A DNA stretch of 62,833 bases, the filler included, from Thermoplasmatota archaeon (GTDB lineage Archaea > Thermoplasmatota > E2 > JACPAO01 > JAHFTW01), in assembly GCA_041623215.1 (NCBI GenBank). It is 17 parts of 17 records of this genome, joined end to end, with 100 filler letters (N's around TTAATTAATTAA, not from the genome) between each part and the next. Parts side by side here need not be neighbours in the genome. Positions count along the whole stretch, not along the records: positions 8,216 to 12,178 come from JBFJXH010000163.1; positions 12,279 to 16,229 come from JBFJXH010000164.1; positions 16,330 to 20,280 come from JBFJXH010000165.1; 14 more parts are not named here. One strand, 5' to 3'. Position numbers and translations under genes: made by a program. Numbering within the stretch: position 1 is the stretch's first letter; each line of letters begins with the position of its first letter. Shown here piece after piece: positions 10,218-19,343 of the stretch. The notes under the pieces were generated by a model. The model searched no databases, was not told the origin of the DNA, and worked only from the letters and a program-made list of their open reading frames with translations.

Positions 10218-10757
10218 ATGGGCCTGTTTTCGCGCGTCCGTCGCGACGAGGTGCTTCGGCAAGAGACCCGGAACCGCATCTATGCAGCCATCGAGGACAA
10301 CCCCGGAGTGCCGTATCGGGAGTTGCGCATGCGTCTGCAAGTTGGCAACGGAACGTTGGCGCATCATCTCCATACGCTAGAGCGGGAAGGCTTCGTCCGT
10401 CGCGTCCGTGACGGACGCCGCGTACGCTTCCATGCCCACGAAAAACCGGCGCGCCCACTCAACCGGGCCCAATCGGATATTCTGCGGTTCGTGGCGCACC
10501 GCGGCGGCTGTACCCGTGCCGACCTGGCACACGCCTATGGCGTGACCCGCCAAACGGTCCACCACCATGTTCGACGATTGGCGGTTGCGGGCCTCGTCCA
10601 GGAGGAGGACGGCGTGTTGGACCTAGCTGCGCCGCAGCGCCTTGGAGCTTGCCCAACGTGTGGCAACCTGCACGATTGTCTCGATGCAGATCCTGTTTGC
10701 CCCGCCTGCCAAGTGGACTTAGACGGCGTTGACACGCCGGTTGTGATGCTCCGGTAG
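10218..10757 (+). CDS. Tandem winged-HTH transcriptional regulator with C-terminal zinc ribbon
   Basis: TRNRIYAAIEDNPGV..GTLAHHLHTLEREG (archaeal double-wHTH type), second HTH TRQTVHHHVRRL, CPTC..CPAC. Confidence 0.85.
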   Translation: MGLFSRVRRDEVLRQETRNRIYAAIEDNPGVPYRELRMRLQVGNGTLAHHLHTLEREGFVRRVRDGRRVRFHAHEKPARPLNRAQSDILRFVAHRGGCTRADLAHAYGVTRQTVHHHVRRLAVAGLVQEEDGVLDLAAPQRLGACPTCGNLHDCLDADPVCPACQVDLDGVDTPVVMLR

Positions 10758-10789
10758 TTGGCATCGAACTGGTTCAGCCTGGGACGACA

Positions 10790-10797
10790 CCTTCAAG
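10790..10797 (+). promoter_or_regulatory. Putative archaeal TATA-like box of fabI (leaderless transcript)
   Basis: CCTTCAAG about 25-30 nt before ATG 10822 with no SD; similar boxes at this spacing precede several genes in the window. Confidence 0.4.
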
Positions 10798-10821
10798 TCG
10801 CGTCCCAAGTCGGCGCTTGTC

Positions 10822-11754
10822 ATGACCAATCCGACTGACCTCGCCGGCAAACGTGCCTTGGTTTTTGGCGTCGCTTCCGAGGACAGCATCGCCTGGGCAA
10901 TCGCCCAGGAATTGGCTGCCCACGGCGCCAAGGTGACGCTTGGGTACCAGAAGCGCTTCCTGAGCCGCCTCATGGGCCTAGTCAAGGGGAATGATTGGAT
11001 TGAAGCGTGGCACGAATGCGACGTGACGAACGAGGAGTCTGTCAAGGGCTTTTTCGAACAAGCCCAGGGCGACTTCGATATGATGGTCCATTGCATCGCA
11101 TTCGCGCCAGCGGAGGCGTTGAGCGACGACATCACCAAGACCACGGATGCCGACTTTGCCACCGCCCTCAATGTGAGCGCCTATTCCCTGGTGCGCCTCT
11201 GCAATCACGCCGAAAGCCGCCTCAACCCGGGTGCCGGCGTCGTGGCCCTCACCTACCTAGGCGCCGACCGCGTCGTACCTGGCTACCGCGTCATGGGCAC
11301 GGCCAAGGCGGCGCTGCAAGAATTGACGCGCGAATTGGCGGCCGTCATGGGTCCCAGTCGAGGCATTCGTGTGAACGCCATCAGTGCCGGCCCCATTCGG
11401 ACGTTGGCAGCAAGCGGGGTGCCTGGCTTCGACAATATCCTCGACTGGATGAAACACTGTGCGCCGCTTCGCCGCAACGTCAGCCAACAAGACGTGGCCC
11501 GCAGCGCACTCTTCTTGCTATCGGAACAAGGCTCCGGTGTCACCGGCCAGACACTGTACGTTGACGCCGGGTACTCGGCCATCGGGGTGCCGCAAGGATT
11601 GGACGAAATTCGACTCCCCGGCCAGGTGGGTGCCGATGCTGGAGCGAGCCAGGCCGCCGGGCAGTCGAGTAGCACGGTGGCGCCGGACGCAGCAGCTGCA
11701 GCAGCACCGCCTGCGCCGCGCCCCATCATTTTTGGCGCGAAACCTCCATCGTAA
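10822..11754 (+). CDS. fabI: Enoyl-[ACP] reductase, FabI type, with Ala/Pro-rich C-terminal extension
   Basis: GVASEDSIAWAIA, CDV, HCIAFA, SAYSL, LTYLG, catalytic YRVMGTAK (Y-X6-K), VNAISAGPIRTLAASG, TGQTLYVDAG. Confidence 0.92.
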   Translation: MTNPTDLAGKRALVFGVASEDSIAWAIAQELAAHGAKVTLGYQKRFLSRLMGLVKGNDWIEAWHECDVTNEESVKGFFEQAQGDFDMMVHCIAFAPAEALSDDITKTTDADFATALNVSAYSLVRLCNHAESRLNPGAGVVALTYLGADRVVPGYRVMGTAKAALQELTRELAAVMGPSRGIRVNAISAGPIRTLAASGVPGFDNILDWMKHCAPLRRNVSQQDVARSALFLLSEQGSGVTGQTLYVDAGYSAIGVPQGLDEIRLPGQVGADAGASQAAGQSSSTVAPDAAAAAAPPAPRPIIFGAKPPS

Positions 11755-11862
11755 CTGCCGCCGCGGTCCCGGTGAGGTTGCCGTCCGGCCGCCATGAAGC
11801 CGGCGCACCATCAGCATCAACAAGCGGCGGTGTTAGCCGCGACTAGGTTGGGACCAGGCACG

Positions 11863-12178
11863 TTAGCTGGCGAGGCCGCGACCCGAGGCGCTGTAGAAGG
11901 TGGTGCAAGTGACACTGCGCTCGACGCCGGGCACCGTGCGAATGCCATCCAACACGAGGTCTGCAAGCGCCTCGGTGCTGGCAGCGCGCACTTTGATGAT
12001 GAGATCCCACTCGCCGCCGATGACGTGCACCGCCTCGACGCCAGCCACCTTGGCCAAGCGGTTGGCCACTTCTCGTTGCTCCACGCCGGGGTCGGGCGTG
12101 AAGCGGGCCAAGATGTGGGCCTCCACTGGGAAGCCGAGGGCAGCATGGTCAAGGACGGGAACGAAGCCTTGCACGATG
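11863..12178 (-). CDS. Lrp/AsnC family transcriptional regulator (5' truncated)
   Basis: QGFVPVLDHAALGF and VEAVHVIGGEWDLIIKVRA..VPGVERSVT (RAM domain). Confidence 0.9.
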
Positions 12179-12278
12179 NNNNNNNNNNNNNNNNNNNNNN
12201 NNNNNNNNNNNNNNNNNNNNNNTTAATTAATTAANNNNNNNNNNNNNNNNNNNNNNNNNNNNNNNNNNNNNNNNNNNN

Positions 12279-12864
12279 AGGGACACTCTTGGCTTTCTTG
12301 TCCAAGCGTGGCTTCACGGGCACGGGCAGCGACATCTCGCCGAGCATGGTCGCCGTGGCCAAGCGTCAGGCGCCAAATTGCAACTTCCACGTGGCAGATG
12401 CCGCCCACGCAGACATTCCTTCGTGCCTCGCCATCACGGCAGTGGGCGAAATTGTTAGCCACGTGGCCGCGGCCCACGGTGATGCATCCGTAACGAACCT
12501 GTTCCAGCGCGCCCGAGCCGCCTTACCAGAGGGCGGCATTTTCCTGTTTGACGCCGCCACTCCAGGTCGCGCCAGCAACGGACCAACGCATGCCCAACGG
12601 TCGGGGCGCAACTGGCGCGTGGAAGCCCATTCCGAGGAACAAAGCGGCTGGCTGACCCGAAGCATCGACACCTGGCGTCGTCAGCCCAACGGCGACGAAC
12701 TCCACCGCCGCGAAGTGCATCGGCTACGCCTACTGGAACCTACCTGGATTGTGCAACAGCTCGAGGCTTGCGGCTTCTCGGTGCAGGTGCTAGGCGGCTA
12801 CGACGACTTTGGCTTCGTGGAAGGATGGGACGGATTCCTTGCCCGACCCGTGGCCCTCAAATAG
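12279..12864 (+). CDS. Class I SAM-dependent methyltransferase (5' truncated)
   Basis: GSDISPSMVAVA, FHVADA and ALPEGGIFLFD motifs. Confidence 0.85.
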
Positions 12865-12912
12865 GGCCTTCTTGTGGCGCGCCTCGCCCCGTGGTGACAC
12901 GGTGCACCCGGC

Positions 12913-12984
12913 GCCGCTGTGGCTTAGAGGTATAGCACGTCCTTGGTAAGGACGAGGTCGCGTGTTCGAATCACGCCAGCGGCT
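12913..12984 (+). tRNA. trnT: tRNA-Thr(GGT), no intron, CCA not encoded
   Basis: Acceptor GCCGCTG/CAGCGGC, anticodon arm CGTCC-TTGGTAA-GGACG, T arm with GTTCGAATC, T-rich tract downstream. Confidence 0.96.
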
Positions 12985-13113
12985 CTTTTCACGGGACTCT
13001 TCGCGCATCCCCCGGCCTGCCAGGCGAGTGCCCGGCCACGGCCCGGATTCATCTGGTGCGCGGCTATTGGTGGCCCTCAACCCTTTTAGTGAATTTCGCG
13101 ACTGGTAGGCTAC

Positions 13114-13491
13114 ATGGTGTCATCAATTGACGAACTGCTGCAGACAATCCGTCTCAACCCCTACATCGACGGTGTAGGCTACTTCATCGAAGTGACCACG
13201 CAGCGCCCCGTGGATGGCCCCGCCCTCTCCGACCTGCAAGGGAAAATGGAACACGCCTTTTGCGACCAGGCCGAAGTGACCGCTGAAGACCCTCACGTGC
13301 TCGGCTTGGACTTCCACGACCACCTGCCCACGCAAGGCGACGAAGGGCGCTTCGCCATGGATGCGGTGGCCGACATGCTGCACTTCGTGGACCAACGCTT
13401 CGCCATCGACCACCTATGCGTGGAGTTCCAATTCGACCTCGGACGTGCCAAGCGCGCCAAGGTGCAAGTGGACGACTTGCTACAGCCATAA
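13114..13491 (+). CDS. Hypothetical acidic protein
   Basis: GC3-rich codon pattern; CTTTTAG box about 25-30 nt upstream; no known motif. Confidence 0.7.
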   Translation: MVSSIDELLQTIRLNPYIDGVGYFIEVTTQRPVDGPALSDLQGKMEHAFCDQAEVTAEDPHVLGLDFHDHLPTQGDEGRFAMDAVADMLHFVDQRFAIDHLCVEFQFDLGRAKRAKVQVDDLLQP

Positions 13492-13607
13492 CCGCGCCTC
13501 GTCGGACCCCGCTGATGCAAGGCGCGGTCAGCCCGCGCTAGGCCAAGCCCGACGCGTTCGCGCTTGGCCACCGATGCACGGTTGGCGCCCCAGCCACTAG
13601 GGGGCCA

Positions 13608-13946
13608 CTAGTAGGGCCAGAACCAGTTTACGAGGGCCGTGACGGCCGCCCAGATGATCCAGGCTACGACGCCAATGATGGCGCCCTTGGACCACTTGGT
13701 TCGATACACCGCCGCAAATGCAAACGCCATGGCAATGAGGCCCAGCAACGTCGCAATGGGGCGCCCCAAGGGGTCTCCGGCCAAGGCCATCACGCCAGTG
13801 GCCAGCAGGGTCCCCAACAAGAACGCCAAGATTGCCTGGCCAAACGAGCTGCGGTCGATGACAAGCTTGGCGGCAGCGTGCACGAAAAAGCCGCCAATCA
13901 GCAGCGTCAAGGCCGCGCTCACGAGCAGGGATACCCAGTGGTCCAT
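13608..13946 (-). CDS. Small four-TM membrane protein
   Basis: Four hydrophobic helices; divergent from uvrC. Confidence 0.75.
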   Translation of the reverse strand: MDHWVSLLVSAALTLLIGGFFVHAAAKLVIDRSSFGQAILAFLLGTLLATGVMALAGDPLGRPIATLLGLIAMAFAFAAVYRTKWSKGAIIGVVAWIIWAAVTALVNWFWPY

Positions 13947-14003
13947 GTGGTTCCATCAAGCTCACGCCATAACGGTTTTCGATAGGGCCCGACGCTGCAC
14001 CGC

Positions 14004-15968
14004 GTGGCCGAGGCTAAGGAGGTGTCACCCGCGACCAGCGACGCCACCGGGCGCCGACGCGCGCTGAGGGAACAAGTGGGCCGCCTACCCAAGGAGCCCG
14101 GCGTCTACCAATGGCGCAGCAAAACCTCCGGAGGTGAGATCTTGTACGTGGGCAAGGCGGTGGACCTGCGCGCCCGCGCCCGGTCCTATTTGTCCGGCAG
14201 CGACCGCAGCCCCAAGACGCTCGCGCTGATGGAAGAAGCAGCTGGCATCGACTACATCGCGGTCGCTAATCAGAAGGAAGCCCTGCTCCTCGAGCAGACA
14301 CTCATCAAGCGCCACAAACCGCGCTTTAACGTCCGCCTCAAAGACGACCGTTCCTACCCCTACCTCAAACTCACCGCTGGCCCCTGGCCACGCCTCATCA
14401 AGACGCACACCTACCGCAGCGATGGCGGCACCTATTTCGGCCCCTTCCCCGACGGCTACGGCGCCTTCCACTTGATGCGCCTCCTGAACGACCTGGTCCC
14501 CCTGCGACGCTGCCGGGTGCTACCCAAGACGAAGTGCCTCTACTATGACATCGGCAAGTGTGTTGCCCCCTGCATTGATGCATGCACGAGGGAAGAATAC
14601 GACACCCTCGTGGGACGCGTCAAGGCTGTCTTAACTGGCCGCGCCAACGACCTGATGAAGGAACTGCGCGCCGACCTCGAGGTGGCCGCCCAAGAGTCAC
14701 GATTCGAAGACGCGGGCCGTATCCGCGACCAATTGGCTGGATTGCAGGGGACCATGGAGCGACAACACGTCTTCACGCAACGCTTGGAAGATCGCGACGT
14801 CGCCGCCATCTCTGCCACCGGAGATACGGGCGTGGTGGTCATCCTGCACCAACGGGACGGCCGAATTGTCGGCCAATCGCCGTTTGATGTGGAAGGGCTG
14901 GCAGACCTCTCTCCGAGCGACGCGCTGGCCGACTTCCTCCGCACCCATTACCGCGACCAGCCCGCGGTCCCGCGCCACGTTACCCTCGATACCTTGGGTG
15001 CAGACGGCCGCCTGGCCCCCACAAAAACCGTTGCAACCTTGGTCGCAGACCTGGAAGCTGATTTGCGCGCAATGGCCGACCACGCCGTCACGGTCGAGGC
15101 GCCTCAGCGCGGCGAGAAGCGACGTTGGGTCGAAGTCGCGCACAAGAATGCCGAATTGCGCCTCATCCAAGAAGTAGAGCGCCGGGCCCGCCGCGGCATG
15201 GGCGCGGTGGAAGCCTTGCAGGAAGCTCTCGGACTGGCAATCGCACCCCGGTCCATCGAAGGCTTCGACATCAGCCACCACGCTGGGCATCATACGCGCG
15301 CCGCGATGGTTTCGTTCCAGGACGGTGCCCCCGTCAAGGCGCTGTACCGGACCTTCAACATGCGCCAGGTCGGCGCCGACCAGCAAGCGGGAGCCCATAC
15401 CGGGTCGGGGAAGACCCGCCGCACCATTGACGACTACGCCAGCCTCTTCGAGGCGGTTGGCCGACGGTACCAGCGACGCGTGGCTGAAGGCAAGCCCCTG
15501 CCAGATCTCGTTTTGATTGACGGAGGCAAAGGCCAACTTGCCGCCGCGCGCCAAGCCCTGCAAGCCGTTGGCGGCCAGGCGGCAACGCTGCCGATTTGCA
15601 GCCTCGCCAAGCGCGACGAAGAAATTTTCGTTCCCACCCGCCTCCATCCCATTCGGTTGCCAAGGGACAACGCCGGCTTGCAATTACTGCAACGGGTCCG
15701 CGACGAGGCCCATCGCTTCGGCATCACACAGGTCCGGCGGCAAGCCACCAAGGCGGCTGCGGCGGGCCCACTGGACCAAATCAAGGGAATCGGTCCCAAG
15801 CGCCGTGCCGCCTTGGTGCAGGCCTTTGGCGGCCTCGAGGGCCTGCGGTCAGCCAGCGTGGACGACCTCCAGCGTGTGCCAGGCGTTACAGCCGACATCG
15901 CTGCTGCCGTGGTCCAAGCCCTTGCCGAGGCGGTGTCCGCGACCCAAACGCCCCGTGACGACCCCTAG
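14004..15968 (+). CDS. uvrC: Excinuclease ABC subunit C
   Basis: GIY-YIG region (PGVY..LYVGKAVDLRAR), Cys-rich segment, UVR domain, RNaseH-like IEGFDISH and PDLVLIDGGKGQL, RDEAHRF, HhH IKGIGPKRR. Confidence 0.96.
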   Translation: MAEAKEVSPATSDATGRRRALREQVGRLPKEPGVYQWRSKTSGGEILYVGKAVDLRARARSYLSGSDRSPKTLALMEEAAGIDYIAVANQKEALLLEQTLIKRHKPRFNVRLKDDRSYPYLKLTAGPWPRLIKTHTYRSDGGTYFGPFPDGYGAFHLMRLLNDLVPLRRCRVLPKTKCLYYDIGKCVAPCIDACTREEYDTLVGRVKAVLTGRANDLMKELRADLEVAAQESRFEDAGRIRDQLAGLQGTMERQHVFTQRLEDRDVAAISATGDTGVVVILHQRDGRIVGQSPFDVEGLADLSPSDALADFLRTHYRDQPAVPRHVTLDTLGADGRLAPTKTVATLVADLEADLRAMADHAVTVEAPQRGEKRRWVEVAHKNAELRLIQEVERRARRGMGAVEALQEALGLAIAPRSIEGFDISHHAGHHTRAAMVSFQDGAPVKALYRTFNMRQVGADQQAGAHTGSGKTRRTIDDYASLFEAVGRRYQRRVAEGKPLPDLVLIDGGKGQLAAARQALQAVGGQAATLPICSLAKRDEEIFVPTRLHPIRLPRDNAGLQLLQRVRDEAHRFGITQVRRQATKAAAAGPLDQIKGIGPKRRAALVQAFGGLEGLRSASVDDLQRVPGVTADIAAAVVQALAEAVSATQTPRDDP

Positions 15969-16039
15969 GGCCCACATCGCGCGGCGAGATGGCACCGGAG
16001 GGGAGGGCCCGGCGCCACGCTAACGAGCGGCGATTCCAC

Positions 16040-16228
16040 CTATACTTCCGTGGCCACGTCCACAAACGTGTGCTTCAAGCCAAGCTCTCCGGCAACCCAA
16101 TCGCCGACGCGCGCCGTGCCAAGCCGTTCGGTCAGATAGTGGCCGCCGGCCACAAAGTGAATGCCTGCCTCTTTGCACAAGTGATACACCGATTCGCGCG
16201 GTTCGCCCGTGACAAAGCAATCGAGCCC
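16040..16228 (-). CDS. Nif3/YbgI-like dinuclear metal protein, 3' fragment (not in ORF track)
   Basis: Manual translation GLDCFVTGEPRESVYHLCKEAGIHFVAGGHYLTERLG..TFVDVATEV* matches the Nif3 C-terminal TGE..GHY.TE pattern. Confidence 0.85.
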   Translation of the reverse strand, partial: GLDCFVTGEPRESVYHLCKEAGIHFVAGGHYLTERLGTARVGDWVAGELGLKHTFVDVATEV

Positions 16229-16329
16229 CNNNNNNNNNNNNNNNNNNNNNNNNNNNNNNNNNNNNNNNNNNNNTTAATTAATTAANNNNNNNNNNNNNNN
16301 NNNNNNNNNNNNNNNNNNNNNNNNNNNNN

Positions 16330-16803
16330 CTCTTGATGGGTGACCGCACTGCACTGGAAGGCGCGCAGCGTTGTCTGCAAGCCTACCAGGAAGCGATTCA
16401 TGGCAGCTTGCAGCAATTGCAGCAGACCATCCGACGCGAAGCGAACCTGCAATGGGGTCGTATTGACAATCCCGCCTACACGGGCATGGTGGCCGGCTTG
16501 GGCATGGAGCATGCGCTCGCCGACGATGCCGTTCCCGCCGTGGTTGCGGCGCCACGAGCCGATGGTTCCCTCCAAGTGAGCACCCGTGGAACGCAGGATT
16601 TGGTCGCGCAAGGCCTCGACTTGGCAACCGCCGTCCAAGACGCGGCTGCAACCGCTGGCGGCGAGGGAGGCGGGCATCCCATGGCGGCGGGCGCTACGCT
16701 TCCGGCAGATGGCCTGCCCACGTTCCTTGCGGCGCTTGCCGACGGACTCAAGACGCAGCCGTGGACTCGCGGTTCCGGAGACCGCCAGACTCATGACTCC
16801 TGA
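16330..16803 (+). CDS. DHH-family phosphoesterase (archaeal RecJ-like), DHHA1 C-terminal fragment
   Basis: VSTRG..GLDL..GGEGGGHPMAAGA; lies directly upstream of pcc1 as in many archaea. Confidence 0.85.
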   Translation, partial: LLMGDRTALEGAQRCLQAYQEAIHGSLQQLQQTIRREANLQWGRIDNPAYTGMVAGLGMEHALADDAVPAVVAAPRADGSLQVSTRGTQDLVAQGLDLATAVQDAAATAGGEGGGHPMAAGATLPADGLPTFLAALADGLKTQPWTRGSGDRQTHDS

Positions 16804-17020
16804 ATCCGGTCAACAACAGGCGCGCATCAGCTTGCAACTGCGTGATGCAGAAGAGGCCACACGCCTCGCCCAGGCGCTGGCCCCGGACGACGATGGGTTT
16901 CTGGACATCAACGTGGAGGGCAGTCAACTCGTCATCGTGGCCGCATCGCCCACGCGCATGGGACTTCTTCGAAGCCTCGATGATGTCTTGGGGTGCCTGC
17001 GGGCCGCCGGCGTTGCGTGA
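16793..17020 (+). CDS. pcc1: KEOPS complex subunit Pcc1
   Basis: 75 aa; ALAPDD..LVIVAAS..LLRSLDDVLGCL pattern; DHH-pcc1-serS context; ATG at 16793. Confidence 0.8.
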   Translation: MTPESGQQQARISLQLRDAEEATRLAQALAPDDDGFLDINVEGSQLVIVAASPTRMGLLRSLDDVLGCLRAAGVA

Positions 17021-17091
17021 GCGCTACCTAAGGGCCGTGTTGCCTGCCGCCAAGCCTTGAAATGGCGCGGCCAAGTGGTCGCGCTGCTGCC

Positions 17092-18462
17092 ATGTTGGAT
17101 ATTCGACTCCTTCGCGAAGAGCCCGACGTCGTTCGTGCCGACCTCAAGAAGCGCGGGCGTGATGTTGCCGTTGTTGATGCGGTGCGGGCCTTGGACGAAG
17201 CATGGCGACAAGGCGTGGCCGACCTGAACGAGCTACGCGCCAAGAGAAACGCGGCGGGTAAGGCGGTTGCCGCTGCCAAGAAAGCGGGCGGCACGGGTCA
17301 AGCTGAGCTAGATGCCATGAAATCCATCAAGGCTGAACTGGACCGCCTCGAAGTTGAGGTGCCAGACCTCGAGGCGCGTAGGGACCGCGAACTGCGGGCC
17401 CTTCCCAACCTGATGCATGACTCTGTGCCCGTGGGCGCGGACGACGGCGGCAACGTGCTCCTGCGCGACTGGGGTGGGCAACCAACGCACTCGTTTGACG
17501 CCGTCAGCCATGTTGATTTACTGGATTCACTCGACATCGCCGACCTTGAGCGCGCTGCCCGCGCTGCCGGAAGCCGCTTCTTCTACCTGAAGGGCGACTT
17601 GGTGCTGTTGGCGCGAGGATTGGAGTTCTATGCGCTTAGCCATCTCGCGGACAAGGGTTTCACGCCCATCGAGCCACCCTACATGCTGCGCCGCGAAGCT
17701 GTCGAGGGAGCGGTAGACCTGTCGGACTTCGAAGAGGTCATTTACCGCGTTGAAGCCGGCACCGGGGCCGACGCAAAGGGTGGAGACGCGCCGGAGCTCT
17801 TCCTGATTGCTACCAGCGAACACCCCCTTGCCGCGCTTCATATGGGTGAGATTCTTGAGGACCGGCACTTGCCGCTTCGCTACGCTGGCGTATCACCATG
17901 CTTCCGCAAGGAGGCCGGCGCGCACGGGAAAGACCAGAAGGGCATCTTCCGCGTCCACCAATTCAGCAAGGTGGAGCAGTTTGTCTACGCCAAGCCCGAG
18001 GACTCGTGGAACATCCACGAGGAATTGCTGGCCAACGCCGAAGCTATCTACCAAGGCCTTGGCATTCCGTATCGCGTTGTGACCATCTGCACGGGCGACT
18101 TGGGCACTGTTGCCGCCAAGAAATATGACATCGAGGCCTGGATGCCGGTGCAGGGGGCCTACCGAGAAGTGGTTTCGTGCTCCAACTGCACCGATTACCA
18201 GGCAAGGCGCTACAACACGCGCAACCGGAAGGCGCCCGGGGAACCCACCTCCTTCGTGCATACGCTCAACTCCACGGCGATGGCGGTCCAGCGCACATTA
18301 GTGGCCATCCTCGAGAACTTCCAGCAGGCCGATGGCAGCGTCGTCATCCCTGAAGTGCTGCGCCCGTATGTGGGTGGCCGCGACCGCTTGAAGCCGGCCG
18401 TTTCCACGCCCGCAGGCGCGCCGGCGGATGGGGAAGTTGTGCCGGATGCCGGCGTAGCCTAG
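17092..18462 (+). CDS. serS: Seryl-tRNA synthetase
   Basis: MLDIRLLRE start, LIATSEHPL, CFRKEAG, GIFRVHQFSKVEQF, EVVSCSNCTDYQARR, HTLNST. Confidence 0.97.
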   Translation: MLDIRLLREEPDVVRADLKKRGRDVAVVDAVRALDEAWRQGVADLNELRAKRNAAGKAVAAAKKAGGTGQAELDAMKSIKAELDRLEVEVPDLEARRDRELRALPNLMHDSVPVGADDGGNVLLRDWGGQPTHSFDAVSHVDLLDSLDIADLERAARAAGSRFFYLKGDLVLLARGLEFYALSHLADKGFTPIEPPYMLRREAVEGAVDLSDFEEVIYRVEAGTGADAKGGDAPELFLIATSEHPLAALHMGEILEDRHLPLRYAGVSPCFRKEAGAHGKDQKGIFRVHQFSKVEQFVYAKPEDSWNIHEELLANAEAIYQGLGIPYRVVTICTGDLGTVAAKKYDIEAWMPVQGAYREVVSCSNCTDYQARRYNTRNRKAPGEPTSFVHTLNSTAMAVQRTLVAILENFQQADGSVVIPEVLRPYVGGRDRLKPAVSTPAGAPADGEVVPDAGVA

Positions 18463-18582
18463 TGGTTGACTGGGGCCCTGCGTCATCCGGCAGGCGCCGA
18501 ACCAAAGGCCCCGAGCGTCATCGGCGAAGGCCGACAAAGACACCGACAACCCTAAAGGAGCCGACGTGGGGTCTTACCTTAC

Positions 18583-18969
18583 ATGACCGACAACAACGGC
18601 ATGGACCGGACCGTTACCATGGTCATCGGCGGCATCTTCCTGGTGGCGATGCTGATTACGATGATCTTGGCCATTGCAACCTTCGACGGCACGCCAACTG
18701 TCATCCTTCTCATTGCCAGCTTCGTCTTCCTGGGCGTGGGCATTTTCTTTTTGGCCGGAGGCCCGAGCGGCGGTGGGGCAGAATCTGCGGGTGGCGGTGG
18801 GGGCGGCAGCAGCCAGCAGCAATCCGTCGTTCTGGCGGGCGGGCGCGTCGTGACCCAGTCCAGTGACAGCACTGGCGCCAGCAGCGTCAGCATCGTCTGC
18901 AGCGGCTGCAATAAGCGCATTCCCGACAGCGTCGCCTTCTGCCCCGGCTGCGGCCAAGCAACCGCCTGA
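18583..18969 (+). CDS. Two-TM membrane protein with QQQ motif and C-terminal zinc ribbon (paralogue 1)
   Basis: Two TM helices, Gly-rich linker, SQQQSVVL, CSGC..FCPGCG. Confidence 0.8.
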   Translation: MTDNNGMDRTVTMVIGGIFLVAMLITMILAIATFDGTPTVILLIASFVFLGVGIFFLAGGPSGGGAESAGGGGGGSSQQQSVVLAGGRVVTQSSDSTGASSVSIVCSGCNKRIPDSVAFCPGCGQATA

Positions 18970-18974
18970 ACACT

Positions 18975-19343
18975 ATGGCCAATGGACGAAATGGCCCCCT
19001 GTGGGCCGGCATCATCATTCTGATTGCGGCGGTGCTGCTGCCGATTGCCATGTTTGCCGGTGGCGACTGGGGAAGCGTTGTCGTGGGCTTCATCTTCCTG
19101 TTCTTCGTCTCGCCAATCCTTTTTGTCCTTGGCTTGGTCTTCCTTATTGTGGGACTGGCACGAGGCCGTGGTGGCGGCCAACAACAGCAACAACAGGTGG
19201 TCGTCGTCTCAGGCGAAGACTTCGACGAAGGCGCCTTTGGCGCAGCCGGCCAAGCGCGCAGTAGGCTGTGCGTGGAATGCGGCATGTCAATGGCTGCCAC
19301 GGCGCAGTTCTGTACGCGCTGCGGGAGGCACCAACATGGCTGA
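18975..19343 (+). CDS. Two-TM membrane protein with polyQ motif and zinc ribbon (paralogue 2)
   Basis: Two TM helices, GGGQQQQQQVVVV, CVEC..FCTRCG. Confidence 0.8.
   Translation: MANGRNGPLWAGIIILIAAVLLPIAMFAGGDWGSVVVGFIFLFFVSPILFVLGLVFLIVGLARGRGGGQQQQQQVVVVSGEDFDEGAFGAAGQARSRLCVECGMSMAATAQFCTRCGRHQHG

Noticed and set aside
16330..18462. DHH-pcc1-serS cluster as a novel system
   Set aside because: Matches a known conserved archaeal neighbourhood; useful for taxonomy, not novel.
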